A stretch of DNA of 64,000 nucleotides. It comes from Auanema rhodensis. Its lineage: Eukaryota; Animalia; Nematoda. The position numbers and the translations under genes were made by a program. Shown here piece after piece: positions 41,201 through 56,700 of the stretch. The first letter of the stretch is position 1. The number at the start of each line of letters is the position of its first letter. Below the pieces are notes generated by a model. The model made no database searches. It saw only the letters and a list, made by a program, of their open reading frames with translations, and was not told the origin of the DNA. The stretch is taken from contig OZ059898.1 of the NCBI GenBank assembly GCA_964057225.1, positions 992,001 to 1,056,000 on the forward strand, in the 5' to 3' direction.

Positions 41201-42823
41201 CATTTTTCAAACGATCATAACTAATTTTTGTATTAAGCGTTTCTCAATGTAATATAGTGCATTTGATGCGGATTTTTAAGCTGCGTCGATCTGTGTTATC
41301 AGATTTGCGCTAGCTTAAAAATGCACCGAGATATCAACTGATATAAGTTCACACTTATATCCTCGATTTTCACCCTGAAGAATTAATTTTTTCGTTGAAT
41401 AACATTGTCCATCGTCTTTGCCTTGAAAAAAGGAATCTAAAAACATCTACTTTTTTCTAAATTATTTTGAAATTTTTCGAAAACATTTTTGTCAAAATGT
41501 TTTTGGAAGCAATGTTGAGTGTACATGGAAACTCAACATACACTAATGCATCATTTTTCAAACGATCATAACTAATTTTTGTATTAAGCGTTTCTCAATG
41601 TAGTATAGTGCATTTGATGCGGATTTTTAAGCTGCGTCGATCTGTGTTATCAGATTTGCGCTAGCTTTAAAATGCACCGAGATATCAACTGATATAAGTT
41701 CACACTTATATCCTCGATTTTCACCCTGAAGAATTAATTTTTTCGTTGAATAACATTGTCCATCGTCTTTGCCTTGAAAAAAGGAATCTAAAAACATCTA
41801 CTTTTTGCTAAATTATTTTGAAATTTTTCGAAAAAATTTTTGTCAAAATGTTTTTGGAAGCAATGTTGAGTGTACATGGAAACTCAACATACACTAATGC
41901 ATCATTTTTCAAACGATCATAACTAATTCTTGTATTAAGCGTTTCTCAATGTAATATAGTGCATTTGATGCGGATTTTTAAGCTGCGTCGATCTGTGTTA
42001 TCAGATTTGCGCTAGCTTAAAAATGCACCGAGATATCAACTGATATAAGTTTACACTTATATCCTCGATTTTCACCCTGAAGAATTAATTTTTTCGTTGA
42101 ATAACATTATCCATCGTCTTTGCCTTGAAAAAAGGAATCTAAAAACATCTACTTTTTGCTAAATTATTTTGAAATTTTTCGAAAAAATTTTTGTCAAAAT
42201 GTTTTTGGAAGCAATGTTGAGTGTACATGGAAACTCAACATACACTAATGCATCATTTTTCAAACGATCATAACTAATTTTTGTATTAAGCGTTTCTCAA
42301 TGTAATATAGTGCATTTGATGCGGATTTTTAAGCTGCGTCGATCTGTGTTATCAGATTTGCGCTAGCTAAAAAATGCACCGAGATATCAACTGATATAAG
42401 TTCACACTTATATCCTCGATTTTCACCCTGAAGAATTAATTTTTTCGTTGAATAACATTGTCCATCGTCTTTGCCTTGAAAAAAGGAATCTAAAAACATC
42501 TACTTTTTGCTAAATTATTTTGAAATTTTTCGAAAACATTTTTGTCAAAATGTTTTTGGAAGCAATGTTGAGTGTACATGGAAACTCAACATACACTAAT
42601 GCATCATTTTTCAAACGATCATAACTAATTTTTGTATTAAGCGTTTCTCAATGTAATATAGTGCATTCGATGCGGATTTTTAAGCTGCGTCGATCTGTGT
42701 TATCAGATTTGCGCTAGCTTAAAAATGCACCGAGATATCGACTGATATAAGTTCACACTTATATCCTCGATTTTCACCCTGAAGAATTAATTTTTTCGTT
42801 GAATAACATTGTCCATCGTCTTT
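36857..42823. repeat. Second higher-order repeat: 5 monomers x about 3.4, copies 106-122
   Basis: T248A (gctAaaaaa) at 37104, 38859, 40614 and 42369; T159C at 40174 and 41929. All are spaced 1755 bp. Confidence 0.88.
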
Positions 42824-43174
42824 GCCTTGAAAAATGGAATCTAAAAACATCTACTTTTTGCTAAATTATTTTGAAATTTTTTGAAAAAATTTTTGTCAAA
42901 ATGTTTTTGGAAGCAATGTTGAGTGTACATGGAAACTCAACATACACTAATGCATCATTTTTCAAACGATCATAACTAATTTTTGTATTAAGCGTTTCTC
43001 AATGTAATATAGTGCATTCGATGCGGATTTTTAAGCTGCGTCGATCTGTGTTATCAGATTTGCGCTAGCTTAAAAATGCACCGAGATATCGACTGATATA
43101 AGTTCACACTTATATCCTCGATTTTCACCCTGAAGAATTGATTTTTTCGTTGAATAACATTGTCCATCGTCTTT

Positions 43175-46100
43175 GCCTTGAAAAATGGAATCTAAAAACA
43201 TCTACTTTTTGCTAAATTATTTTGAAATTTTTTGAAAAAATTTTTGTCAAAATGTTTTTGGAAGCAATGTTGAGTGTACATGGAAACTCAACATACACTA
43301 ATGCATCATTTTTCAAACGATCATAACTAATTTTTGTATTAATCGTTTCTCAATGTAATATAGTGCATTTGATGCGGATTTTTAAGCTGCGTCGATCTGT
43401 GTTATCAGATTTGCGCTAGCTTAAAAATGCACCGAGATATCAACTGATATAAGTTCACACTTATATCCTCGATTTTCACCCTGAAGAATTAATTTTTTCG
43501 TTGAATAACATTGTCCATCGTCTTTGCCTTGAAAAAAGGAATCTAAAAACATCTACTTTTTGCTAAATTATTTTGAAATTTTTCGAAAACATTTTTGTCA
43601 AAATGTTTTTGGAAGCAATGTTGAGTGTACATGGAAACTCAACATACACTAATGCATCATTTTTCAAACGATCATAACTAATTTTTGTATTAAGCGTTTC
43701 TCAATGTAGTATAGTGCATTTGATGCGGATTTTTAAGCTGCGTCGATCTGTGTTATCAGATTTGCGCTAGCTTTAAAATGCACCGAGATATCAACTGATA
43801 TAAGTTCACACTTATATCCTCGATTTTCACCCTGAAGAATTAATTTTTTCGTTGAATAACATTGTCCATCGTCTTTGCCTTGAAAAAAGGAATCTAAAAA
43901 CATCTACTTTTTGCTAAATTATTTTGAAATTTTTCGAAAAAATTTTTGTCAAAATGTTTTTGGAAGCAATGTTGAGTGTACATGGAAACTCAACATACAC
44001 TAATGCATCATTTTTCAAACGATCATAACTAATTTTTGTATTAAGCGTTTCTCAATGTAATATAGTGCATTCGATGCGGATTTTTAAGCTGCGTCGATCT
44101 GTGTTATCAGATTTGCGCTAGCTTAAAAATGCACCGAGATATCGACTGATATAAATTCACACTTATATCCTCGATTTTCACCCTGAAGAATTAATTTTTT
44201 CGTTGAATAACATTGTCCATCGTCTTTGCCTTGAAAAATGGATTCTAAAAACATCTACTTTTTGCTAAATTATCTTGAAATTTTTCGAAAAAATTTTTGT
44301 CAAAATGTTTTTGGAAGCAATGTTGAGTGTACATGGAAACTCAACATACACTAATGCATCATTTTTCAAACGATCATAACTAATTTTTGTATTAAGCGTT
44401 TCTCAATGTAATATAGTGCATTTGATGCGGATTTTTAAGCTGCGTCGATCTGTGTTATCAGATTTGCGCTAGCTTAAAAATGCACCGAGATATCAACTGA
44501 TATAAGTTCACACTTATATCCTCGATTTTCACCCTGAAGAATTAATTTTTTCGTTGAATAACATTGTCCATCGTCTTTGTCTTGAAAAATGGAATCTAAA
44601 AACATCTACTTTTTGCTAAATTATTTTGAAATTTTTCGAAACAATTTTTGTCAAAATGTTTTTGGAAGCAATGTTGAGTGTACATGGAAACTCAACATAC
44701 ACTAATGCATCATTTTTCAAACGATCATAACTAATTTTTGTATTAAGCGTTTCTCAATGTAATATAGTGCATTCGATGCGGATTTTTAAGCTGCGTCGAT
44801 CTGTGTTATCAGATTTGCGCTAGCTTAAAAATGCACCGAGATATCGACTGATATAAGTTCACACTTATATCCTCGATTTTCACCCTGAAGAATTAATTTT
44901 TTCGTTGAATAACATTGTCCATCGTCTTTGCCTTGAAAAATGGAATCTAAAAACATCTACTTTTTGCTAAATTATTTTGAAATTTTTTGAAAAAATTTTT
45001 GTCAAAATGTTTTTGGAAGCAATGTTGAGTGTACATGGAAACTCAACATACACTAATGCATCATTTTTCAAACGATCATAACTAATTTTTGTATTAATCG
45101 TTTCTCAATGTAATATAGTGCATTTGATGCGGATTTTTAAGCTGCGTCGATCTGTGTTATCAGATTTGCGCTAGCTTAAAAATGCACCGAGATATCAACT
45201 GATATAAGTTCACACTTATATCCTCGATTTTCACCCTGAAGAATTAATTTTTTCGTTGAATAACATTGTCCATCGTCTTTGCCTTGAAAAAAGGAATCTA
45301 AAAACATCTACTTTTTGCTAAATTATTTTGAAATTTTTCGAAAACATTTTTGTCAAAATGTTTTTGGAAGCAATGTTGAGTGTACATGGAAACTCAACAT
45401 ACACTAATGCATCATTTTTCAAACGATCATAACTAATTTTTGTATTAAGCGTTTCTCAATGTAGTATAGTGCATTTGATGCGGATTTTTAAGCTGCGTCG
45501 ATCTGTGTTATCAGATTTGCGCTAGCTTTAAAATGCACCGAGATATCAACTGATATAAGTTCACACTTATATCCTCGATTTTCACCCTGAAGAATTAATT
45601 TTTTCGTTGAATAACATTGTCCATCGTCTTTGCCTTGAAAAAAGGAATCTAAAAACATCTACTTTTTGCTAAATTATTCTGAAATTTTTCGAAAAAATTT
45701 TTGTCAAAATGTTTTTGGAAGCAATGTTGAGTGTACATGGAAACTCAACATACACTAATGCATCATTTTTCAAACGATCATAACTAATTTTTGTATTAAG
45801 CGTTTCTCAATGTAATATAGTGCATTCGATGCGGATTTTTAAGCTGCGTCGATCTGTGTTATCAGATTTGCGCTAGCTTAAAAATGCACCGAGATATCGA
45901 CTGATATAAATTCACACTTATATCCTCGATTTTCACCCTGAAGAATTAATTTTTTCGTTGAATAACATTGTCCATCGTCTTTGCCTTGAAAAAAGGAATC
46001 TAAAAACATCTACTTTTTGCTAAATTATTCTGAAATTTTTCGAAAAAATTTTTGTCAAAATGTTTTTGGAAGCAATGTTGAGTGTACATGGAAACTCAAC

Positions 46101-47737
46101 ATACACTAATGCATCATTTTTCAAACGATCATAACTAATTTTTGTATTAAGCGTTTCTCAATGTAATATAGTGCATTCGATGCGGATTTTTAAGCTGCGT
46201 CGATCTGTGTTATCAGATTTGCGCTAGCTTAAAAATGCACCGAGATATCGACTGATATAAATTCACACTTATATCCTCGATTTTCACCCTGAAGAATTAA
46301 TTTTTTCGTTGAATAACATTGTCCATCGTCTTTGCCTTGAAAAATGGATTCTAAAAACATCTACTTTTTGCTAAATTATCTTGAAATTTTTCGAAAAAAT
46401 TTTTGTCAAAATGTTTTTGGAAGCAATGTTGAGTGTACATGGAAACTCAACATACACTAATGCATCATTTTTCAAACGATCATAACTAATTTTTGTATTA
46501 AGCGTTTCTCAATGTAATATAGTGCATTTGATGCGGATTTTTAAGCTGCGTCGATCTGTGTTATCAGATTTGCGCTAGCTTAAAAATGCACCGAGATATC
46601 AACTGATATAAGTTCACACTTATATCCTCGATTTTCACCCTGAAGAATTAATTTTTTCGTTGAATAACATTGTCCATCGTCTTTGTCTTGAAAAATGGAA
46701 TCTAAAAACATCTACTTTTTGCTAAATTATTTTGAAATTTTTCGAAACAATTTTTGTCAAAATGTTTTTGGAAGCAATGTTGAGTGTACATGGAAACTCA
46801 ACATACACTAATGCATCATTTTTCAAACAATCATAACTAATTTTTGTATTAAGCGTTTCTCAATGTAATATAGTGCATTCGATGCGGATTTTTAAGCTGC
46901 GTCGATCTGTGTTATCAGATTTGCGCTAGCTTAAAAATGCACCGAGATATCGACTGATATAAGTTCACACTTATATCCTCGATTTTCACCCTGAAGAATT
47001 AATTTTTTCGTTGAATAACATTGTCCATCGTCTTTGCCTTGAAAAATGGAATCTAAAAACATCTACTTTTTGCTAAATTATTTTGAAATTTTTTGAAAAA
47101 ATTTTTGTCAAAATGTTTTTGGAAGCAATGTTGAGTGTACATGGAAACTCAACATACACTAATGCATCATTTTTCAAACGATCATAACTAATTTTTGTAT
47201 TAATCGTTTCTCAATGTAATATAGTGCATTTGATGCGGATTTTTAAGCTGCGTCGATCTGTGTTATCAGATTTGCGCTAGCTTAAAAATGCACCGAGATA
47301 TCAACTGATATAAGTTCACACTTATATCCTCGATTTTCACCCTGAAGAATTAATTTTTTCGTTGAATAACATTGTCCATCGTCTTTGCCTTGAAAAAAGG
47401 AATCTAAAAACATCTACTTTTTGCTAAATTATTTTGAAATTTTTCGAAAACATTTTTGTCAAAATGTTTTTGGAAGCAATGTTGAGTGTACATGGAAACT
47501 CAACATACACTAATGCATCATTTTTCAAACGATCATAACTAATTTTTGTATTAAGCGTTTCTCAATGTAGTATAGTGCATTTGATGCGGATTTTTAAGCT
47601 GCGTCGATCTGTGTTATCAGATTTGCGCTAGCTTAAAAATGCACCGAGATATCGACTGATATAAATTCACACTTATATCCTCGATTTTCACCCTGAAGAA
47701 TTAATTTTTTCGTTGAATAACATTGTCCATCGTCTTT
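43175..47737. repeat. Third 5-mer unit followed by a 6-mer derivative, copies 124-136
   Basis: G169T at 43343, 45098 and 47204 (spacing 5 then 6 monomers). A16T in copies 127 and 133; C2T in copies 128 and 134. Confidence 0.8.
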
Positions 47738-50700
47738 GCCTTGAAAAAAGGAATCTAAAAACATCTACTTTTTGCTAAATTATTTTGAAATTTTTCGAAA
47801 AAATTTTTGTCAAAATGTTTTTGGAAGCAATGTTGAGTGTACATGGAAACTCAACATACACTAATGCATCATTTTTCAAACGATCATAACTAATTTTTGT
47901 ATTAAGCGTTTCTCAATGTAGTATAGTGCATTCGATGCGGATTTTTAAGCTGCGTCGATCTGTGTTATCAGATTTGCGCTAGCTTAAAAATGCACCGAGA
48001 TATCAACTGATATAAGTTCACACTTATATCCTCGATTTTCACCCTGAAGAATTAATTTTTTCGTTGAATAACATTGTCCATCGTCTTTGCCTTGAAAAAA
48101 GGAATCTAAAAACATCTACTTTTTGCTAAATTATTTTGAAATTTTTCGAAAACATTTTTGTCAAAATGTTTTTGGAAGCAATGTTGAGTGTACATGGAAA
48201 CTCAACATACACTAATGCATCATTTTTCAAACGATCATAACTAATTTTTGTATTAAGCGTTTCTCAATGTAGTATAGTGCATTTGATGCGGATTTTTAAG
48301 CTGCGTCGATCTGTGTTATCAGATTTGCGCTAGCTTAAAAATGCACCGAGATATCGACTGATATAAGTTCACACTTATATCCTCGATTTTCACCCTGAAG
48401 AATTAATTTTTTCGTTGAATAACATTGTCCATCGTCTTTGCCTTGAAAAATGGAATCTAAAAACATCTACTTTTTGCTAAATTATCTTGAAATTTTTCGA
48501 AAAAATTTTTGTCAAAATGTTTTTGGAAGCAATGTTGAGTGTACATGGAAACTCAACATACACTAATGCATCATTTTTCAAACGATCATAACTAATTTTT
48601 GTATTAAGCGTTTCTCAATGTAATATAGTGCATTCGATGCGGATTTTTAAGCTGCGTCGATCTGTGTTATCAGATTTGCGCTAGCTTAAAAATGCACCGA
48701 GATATCGACTGATATAAGTTCACACTTATATCCTCGATTTTCACCCTGAAGAATTAATTTTTTCGTTGAATAACATTGTCCATCGTCTTTGCCTTGAAAA
48801 ATGGAATCTAAAAACATCTACTTTTTGCTAAATTATTTTGAAATTTTTTGAAAAAATTTTTGTCAAAATGTTTTTGGAAGCAATGTTGAGTGTACATGGA
48901 AACTCAACATACACTAATGCATCATTTTTCAAACGATCATAACTAATTTTTGTATTAAGCGTTTCTCAATGTAATATAGTGCATTCGATGCGGATTTTTA
49001 AGCTGCGTCGATCTGTGTTATCAGATTTGCGCTAGCTTAAAAATGCACCGAGATATCAACTGATATAAGTTCACACTTATATCCTCGATTTTCACCCTGA
49101 AGAATTAATTTTTTCGTTGAATAACATTGTCCATCGTCTTTGTCTTGAAAAATGAAATCTAAAAACATCTACTTTTTGCTAAATTATTTTGAAATTTTTC
49201 GAAACAATTTTTGTCAAAATGTTTTTGGAAGCAATGTTGAGTGTACATGGAAACTCAACATACACTAATGCATCATTTTTCAAACGATCATAACTAATTT
49301 TTGTATTAAGCGTTTCTTAATGTAATATAGTGCATTCGATGCGGATTTTTAAGCTGCGTCGATCTGTGTTATCAGATTTGCGCTAGCTTAAAAATGCACC
49401 GAGATATCGACTGATATAAATTCACACTTATATCCTCGATTTTCACCCTGAAGAATTAATTTTTTCGTTGAATAACATTGTCCATCGTCTTTGCCTTGAA
49501 AAAAGGAATCTAAAAACATCTACTTTTTGCTAAATTATTTTGAAATTTTTCGAAAAAATTTTTGTCAAAATGTTTTTGGAAGCAATGTTGAGTGTACATG
49601 GAAACTCAACATACACTAATGCATCATTTTTCAAACGATCATAACTAATTTTTGTATTAAGCGTTTCTCAATGTAGTATAGTGCATTTGATGCGGATTTT
49701 TAAGCTGCGTCGATCTGTGTTATCAGATTTGCGCTAGCTTAAAAATGCACCGAGATATCGACTGATATAAATTCACACTTATATCCTCGATTTTCACCCT
49801 GAAGAATTAATTTTTTCGTTGAATAACATTGTCCATCGTCTTTGCCTTGAAAAATGGATTCTAAAAACATCTACTTTTTGCTAAATTATCTTGAAATTTT
49901 TCGAAAAAATTTTTGTCAAAATGTTTTTGGAAGCAATGTTGAGTGTACATGGAAACTCAACATACACTAATGCATCATTTTTCAAACGATCATAACTAAT
50001 TTTTGTATTAAGCGTTTCTCAATGTAATATAGTGCATTTGATGCGGATTTTTAAGCTGCGTCGATCTGTGTTATCAGATTTGCGCTAGCTTAAAAATGCA
50101 CCGAGATATCAACTGATATAAGTTCACACTTATATCCTCGATTTTCACCCTGAAGAATTAATTTTTTCGTTGAATAACATTGTCCATCGTCTTTGTCTTG
50201 AAAAATGGAATCTAAAAACATCTACTTTTTGCTAAATTATTTTGAAATTTTTCGAAACAATTTTTGTCAAAATGTTTTTGGAAGCAATGTTGAGTGTACA
50301 TGGAAACTCAACATACACTAATGCATCATTTTTCAAACGATCATAACTAATTTTTGTATTAAGCGTTTCTCAATGTAATATAGTGCATTCGATGCGGATT
50401 TTTAAGCTGCGTCGATCTGTGTTATCAGATTTGCGCTAGCTTAAAAATGCACCGAGATATCGACTGATATAAATTCACACTTATATCCTCGATTTTCACC
50501 CTGAAGAATTAATTTTTTCGTTGAATAACATTGTCCATCGTCTTTGCCTTGAAAAAAGGAATCTAAAAACATCTACTTTTTGCTAAATTATTTTGAAATT
50601 TTTCGAAAAAATTTTTGTCAAAATGTTTTTGGAAGCAATGTTGAGTGTACATGGAAACTCAACATACACTAATGCATCATTTTTCAAACGATCATAACTA

Positions 50701-53700
50701 ATTTTTGTATTAAGCGTTTCTCAATGTAGTATAGTGCATTCGATGCGGATTTTTAAGCTGCGTCGATCTGTGTTATCAGATTTGCGCTAGCTTAAAAATG
50801 CACCGAGATATCAACTGATATAAGTTCACACTTATATCCTCGATTTTCACCCTGAAGAATTAATTTTTTCGTTGAATAACATTGTCCATCGTCTTTGCCT
50901 TGAAAAAAGGAATCTAAAAACATCTACTTTTTGCTAAATTATTTTGAAATTTTTCGAAAACATTTTTGTCAAAATGTTTTTGGAAGCAATGTTGAGTGTA
51001 CATGGAAACTCAACATACACTAATGCATCATTTTTCAAACGATCATAACTAATTTTTGTATTAAGCGTTTCTCAATGTAGTATAGTGCATTTGATGCGGA
51101 TTTTTAAGCTGCGTCGATCTGTGTTATCAGATTTGCGCTAGCTTAAAAATGCACCGAGATATCGACTGATATAAGTTCACACTTATATCCTCGATTTTCA
51201 CCCTGAAGAATTAATTTTTTCGTTGAATAACATTGTCCATCGTCTTTGCCTTGAAAAATGGAATCTAAAAACATCTACTTTTTGCTAAATTATCTTGAAA
51301 TTTTTCGAAAAAATTTTTGTCAAAATGTTTTTGGAAGCAATGTTGAGTGTACATGGAAACTCAACATACACTAATGCATCATTTTTCAAACGATCATAAC
51401 TAATTTTTGTATTAAGCGTTTCTCAATGTAATATAGTGCATTCGATGCGGATTTTTAAGCTGCGTCGATCTGTGTTATCAGATTTGCGCTAGCTTAAAAA
51501 TGCACCGAGATATCGACTGATATAAGTTCACACTTATATCCTCGATTTTCACCCTGAAGAATTAATTTTTTCGTTGAATAACATTGTCCATCGTCTTTGC
51601 CTTGAAAAATGGAATCTAAAAACATCTACTTTTTGCTAAATTATTTTGAAATTTTTTGAAAAAATTTTTGTCAAAATGTTTTTGGAAGCAATGTTGAGTG
51701 TACATGGAAACTCAACATACACTAATGCATCATTTTTCAAACGATCATAACTAATTTTTGTATTAAGCGTTTCTCAATGTAATATAGTGCATTTGATGCG
51801 GATTTTTAAGCTGCGTCGATCTGTGTTATCAGATTTGCGCTAGCTTAAAAATGCACCGAGATATCAACTGATATAAGTTCACACTTATATCCTCGATTTT
51901 CACCCTGAAGAATTAATTTTTTCGTTGAATAACATTGTCCATCGTCTTTGCCTTGAAAAAAGGAATCTAAAAACATCTACTTTTTGCTAAATTATTTTGA
52001 AATTTTTTGAAAAAATTTTTGTCAAAATGTTTTTGGAAGCAATGTTGAGTGTACATGGAAACTCAACATACACTAATGCATCATTTTTCAAACGATCATA
52101 ACTAATTTTTGTATTAAGCGTTTCTCAATGTAATATAGTGCATTTGATGCGGATTTTTAAGCTGCGTCGATCTGTGTTATCAGATTTGCGCTAGCTTAAA
52201 AATGCACCGAGATATCAACTGATATAAGTTCACACTTATATCCTCGATTTTCACCCTGAAGAATTAATTTTTTCGTTGAATAACATTGTCCATCGTCTTT
52301 GCCTTGAAAAAAGGAATCTAAAAACATCTACTTTTTGCTAAATTATTTTGAAATTTTTCGAAAACATTTTTGTCAAAATGTTTTTGGAAGCAATGTTGAG
52401 TGTACATGGAAACTCAACATACACTAATGCATCATTTTTCAAACGATCATAACTAATTTTTGTATTAAGCGTTTCTCAATGTAGTATAGTGCATTTGATG
52501 CGGATTTTTAAGCTGCGTCGATCTGTGTTATCAGATTTGCGCTAGCTTTAAAATGCACCGAGATATCAACTGATATAAGTTCACACTTATATCCTCGATT
52601 TTCACCCTGAAGAATTAATTTTTTCGTTGAATAACATTGTCCATCGTCTTTGCCTTGAAAAAAGGAATCTAAAAACATCTACTTTTTGCTAAATTATTTT
52701 GAAATTTTTCGAAAAAATTTTTGTCAAAATGTTTTTGGAAGCAATGTTGAGTGTACATGGAAACTCAACATACACTAATGCATCATTTTTCAAACGATCA
52801 TAACTAATTTTTGTATTAAGCGTTTCTCAATGTAATATAGTGCATTCGATGCGGATTTTTAAGCTGCGTCGATCTGTGTTATCAGATTTGCGCTAGCTTA
52901 AAAATGCACCGAGATATCAACTGATATAAGTTCACACTTATAACCTCGATTTTCACCATGAAGAATTAATTTTTTCGTTGAATAACATTGTCCATCGTCT
53001 TTGCCTTGAAAAAAGGAATCTAAAAACATCTACTTTTTGCTAAATTATTTTGAAATTTTTCGAAAACATTTTTGTCAAAATGTTTTTGGAAGCAATGTTG
53101 AGTGTACATGGAAACTCAACATACACTAATGCATCATTTTTCAAACGATCATAACTAATTTTTGTATTAAGCGTTTCTCAATGTAGTATAGTGCATTTGA
53201 TGCGGATTTTTAAGCTGCGTCGATCTGTGTTATCAGATTTGCGCTAGCTTTAAAATGCACCGAGATATCAACTGATATAAGTTCACACTTATATCCTCGA
53301 TTTTCACCCTGAAGAATTAATTTTTTCGTTGAATAACATTGTCCATCGTCTTTGCCTTGAAAAAAGGAATCTAAAAACATCTACTTTTTGCTAAATTATT
53401 TTGAAATTTTTCGAAAAAATTTTTGTCAAAATGTTTTTGGAAGCAATGTTGAGTGTACATGGAAACTCAACATACACTAATGCATCATTTTTCAAACGAT
53501 CATAACTAATTTTTGTATTAAGCGTTTCTCAATGTAATATAGTGCATTCGATGCGGATTTTTAAGCTGCGTCGATCTGTGTTATCAGATTTGCGCTAGCT
53601 TAAAAATGCACCGAGATATCGACTGATATAAATTCACACTTATATCCTCGATTTTCACCCTGAAGAATTAATTTTTTCGTTGAATAACATTGTCCATCGT

Positions 53701-56700
53701 CTTTGCCTTGAAAAATGGATTCTAAAAACATCTACTTTTTGCTAAATTATTTTGAAATTTTTCGAAAAAATTTTTGTCAAAATGTTTTTGGAAGCAATGT
53801 TGAGTGTACATGGAAACTCAACATACACTAATGCATCATTTTTCAAACGATCATAACTAATTTTTGTATTAAGCGTTTCTCAATGTAATATAGTGCATTC
53901 GATGCGGATTTTTAAGCTGCGTCGATCTGTGTTATCAGATTTGCGCTAGCTTAAAAATGCACCGAGATATCAACTGATATAAGTTCACACTTATAACCTC
54001 GATTTTCACCATGAAGAATTAATTTTTTCGTTGAATAACATTGTCCATCGTCTTTGCCTTGAAAAAAGGAATCTAAAAACATCTACTTTTTGCTAAATTA
54101 TTTTGAAATTTTTCGAAAACATTTTTGTCAAAATGTTTTTGGAAGCAATGTTGAGTGTACATGGAAACTCAACATACACTAATGCATCATTTTTCAAACG
54201 ATCATAACTAATTTTTGTATTAAGCGTTTCTCAATGTAGTATAGTGCATTTGATGCGGATTTTTAAGCTGCGTCGATCTGTGTTATCAGATTTGCGCTAG
54301 CTTTAAAATGCACCGAGATATCAACTGATATAAGTTCACACTTATATCCTCGATTTTCACCCTGAAGAATTAATTTTTTCGTTGAATAACATTGTCCATC
54401 GTCTTTGCCTTGAAAAAAGGAATCTAAAAACATCTACTTTTTGCTAAATTATTTTGAAATTTTTCGAAAAAATTTTTGTCAAAATGTTTTTGGAAGCAAT
54501 GTTGAGTGTACATGGAAACTCAACATACACTAATGCATCATTTTTCAAACGATCATAACTAATTTTTGTATTAAGCGTTTCTCAATGTAATATAGTGCAT
54601 TCGATGCGGATTTTTAAGCTGCGTCGATCTGTGTTATCAGATTTGCGCTAGCTTAAAAATGCACCGAGATATCGACTGATATAAATTCACACTTATATCC
54701 TCGATTTTCACCCTGAAGAATTAATTTTTTCGTTGAATAACATTGTCCATCGTCTTTGCCTTGAAAAATGGATTCTAAAAACATCTACTTTTTGCTAAAT
54801 TATCTTGAAATTTTTCGAAAAAATTTTTGTCAAAATGTTTTTGGAAGCAATGTTGAGTGTACATGGAAACTCAACATACACTAATGCATCATTTTTCAAA
54901 CGATCATAACTAATTTTTGTATTAAGCGTTTCTCAATGTAATATAGTGCATTTGATGCGGATTTTTAAGCTGCGTCGATCTGTGTTATCAGATTTGCGCT
55001 AGCTTAAAAATGCACCGAGATATCAACTGATATAAGTTCACACTTATATCCTCGATTTTCACCCTGAAGAATTAATTTTTTCGTTGAATAACATTGTCCA
55101 TCGTCTTTGTCTTGAAAAATGGAATCTAAAAACATCTACTTTTTGCTAAATTATTTTGAAATTTTTCGAAACAATTTTTGTCAAAATGTTTTTGGAAGCA
55201 ATGTTGAGTGTACATGGAAACTCAACATACACTAATGCATCATTTTTCAAACGATCATAACTAATTTTTGTATTAAGCGTTTCTCAATGTAATATAGTGC
55301 ATTCGATGCGGATTTTTAAGCTGCGTCGATCTGTGTTATCAGATTTGCGCTAGCTTAAAAATGCACCGAGATATCGACTGATATAAATTCACACTTATAT
55401 CCTCGATTTTCACCCTGAAGAATTAATTTTTTCGTTGAATAACATTGTCCATCGTCTTTGCCTTGAAAAATGGATTCTAAAAACATCTACTTTTTGCTAA
55501 ATTATCTTGAAATTTTTCGAAAAAATTTTTGTCAAAATGTTTTTGGAAGCAATGTTGAGTGTACATGGAAACTCAACATACACTAATGCATCATTTTTCA
55601 AACGATCATAACTAATTTTTGTATTAAGCGTTTCTCAATGTAATATAGTGCATTCGATGCGGATTTTTAAGCTGCGTCGATCTGTGTTATCAGATTTGCG
55701 CTAGCTTAAAAATGCACCGAGATATCGACTGATATAAGTTCACACTTATATCCTCGATTTTCACCCTGAAGAATTAATTTTTTCGTTGAATAACATTGTC
55801 CATCGTCTTTGCCTTGAAAAATGGAATCTAAAAACATCTACTTTTTGCTAAATTATTTTGAAATTTTTTGAAAAAATTTTTGTCAAAATGTTTTTGGAAG
55901 CAATGTTGAGTGTACATGGAAACTCAACATACACTAATGCATCATTTTTCAAACGATCATAACTAATTTTTGTATTAAGCGTTTCTCAATGTAATATAGT
56001 GCATTCGATGCGGATTTTTAAGCTGCGTCGATCTGTGTTATCAGATTTGCGCTAGCTTAAAAATGCACCGTGAAATCAACTGATATAAGTTCACACTTAT
56101 ATCCTCGATTTTCACCCTGAAGAATTAATTTTTTCGTTGAATAACATTGTCCATCGTCTTTGCCTTGAAAAAAGGAATCTAAAAACATCTACTTTTTGCT
56201 AAATTATTTTGAAATTTTTCGAAAAAATTTTTGTCAAAATGTTTTTGGAAGCAATGTTGAGTGTACATGGAAACTCAACATACACTAATGCATCATTTTT
56301 CAAACGATCATAACTAATTTTTGTATTAAGCGTTTCTCAATGTAGTATAGTGCATTTGATGCGGATTTGTAAGCTGCGTCGATCTGTGTTATCAGATTTG
56401 CGCTAGCTTAAAAATGCACCGAGATATCGACTGATATAAGTTCACACTTATATCCTCGATTTTCACCCTGAAGAATTAATTTTTTCGTTGAATAACATTG
56501 TCCATCGTCTTTGCCTTGAAAAATGGAATCTAAAAACATCTACTTTTTGCTAAATTATCTTGAAATTTTTCGAAACAATTTTTGTCAAAATGTTTTTGGA
56601 AGCAATGTTGAGTGTACATGGAAACTCAACATACACTAATGCATCATTTTTCAAACGATCATAACTAATTTTTGTATTAAGCGTTTCTCAATGTAATATA

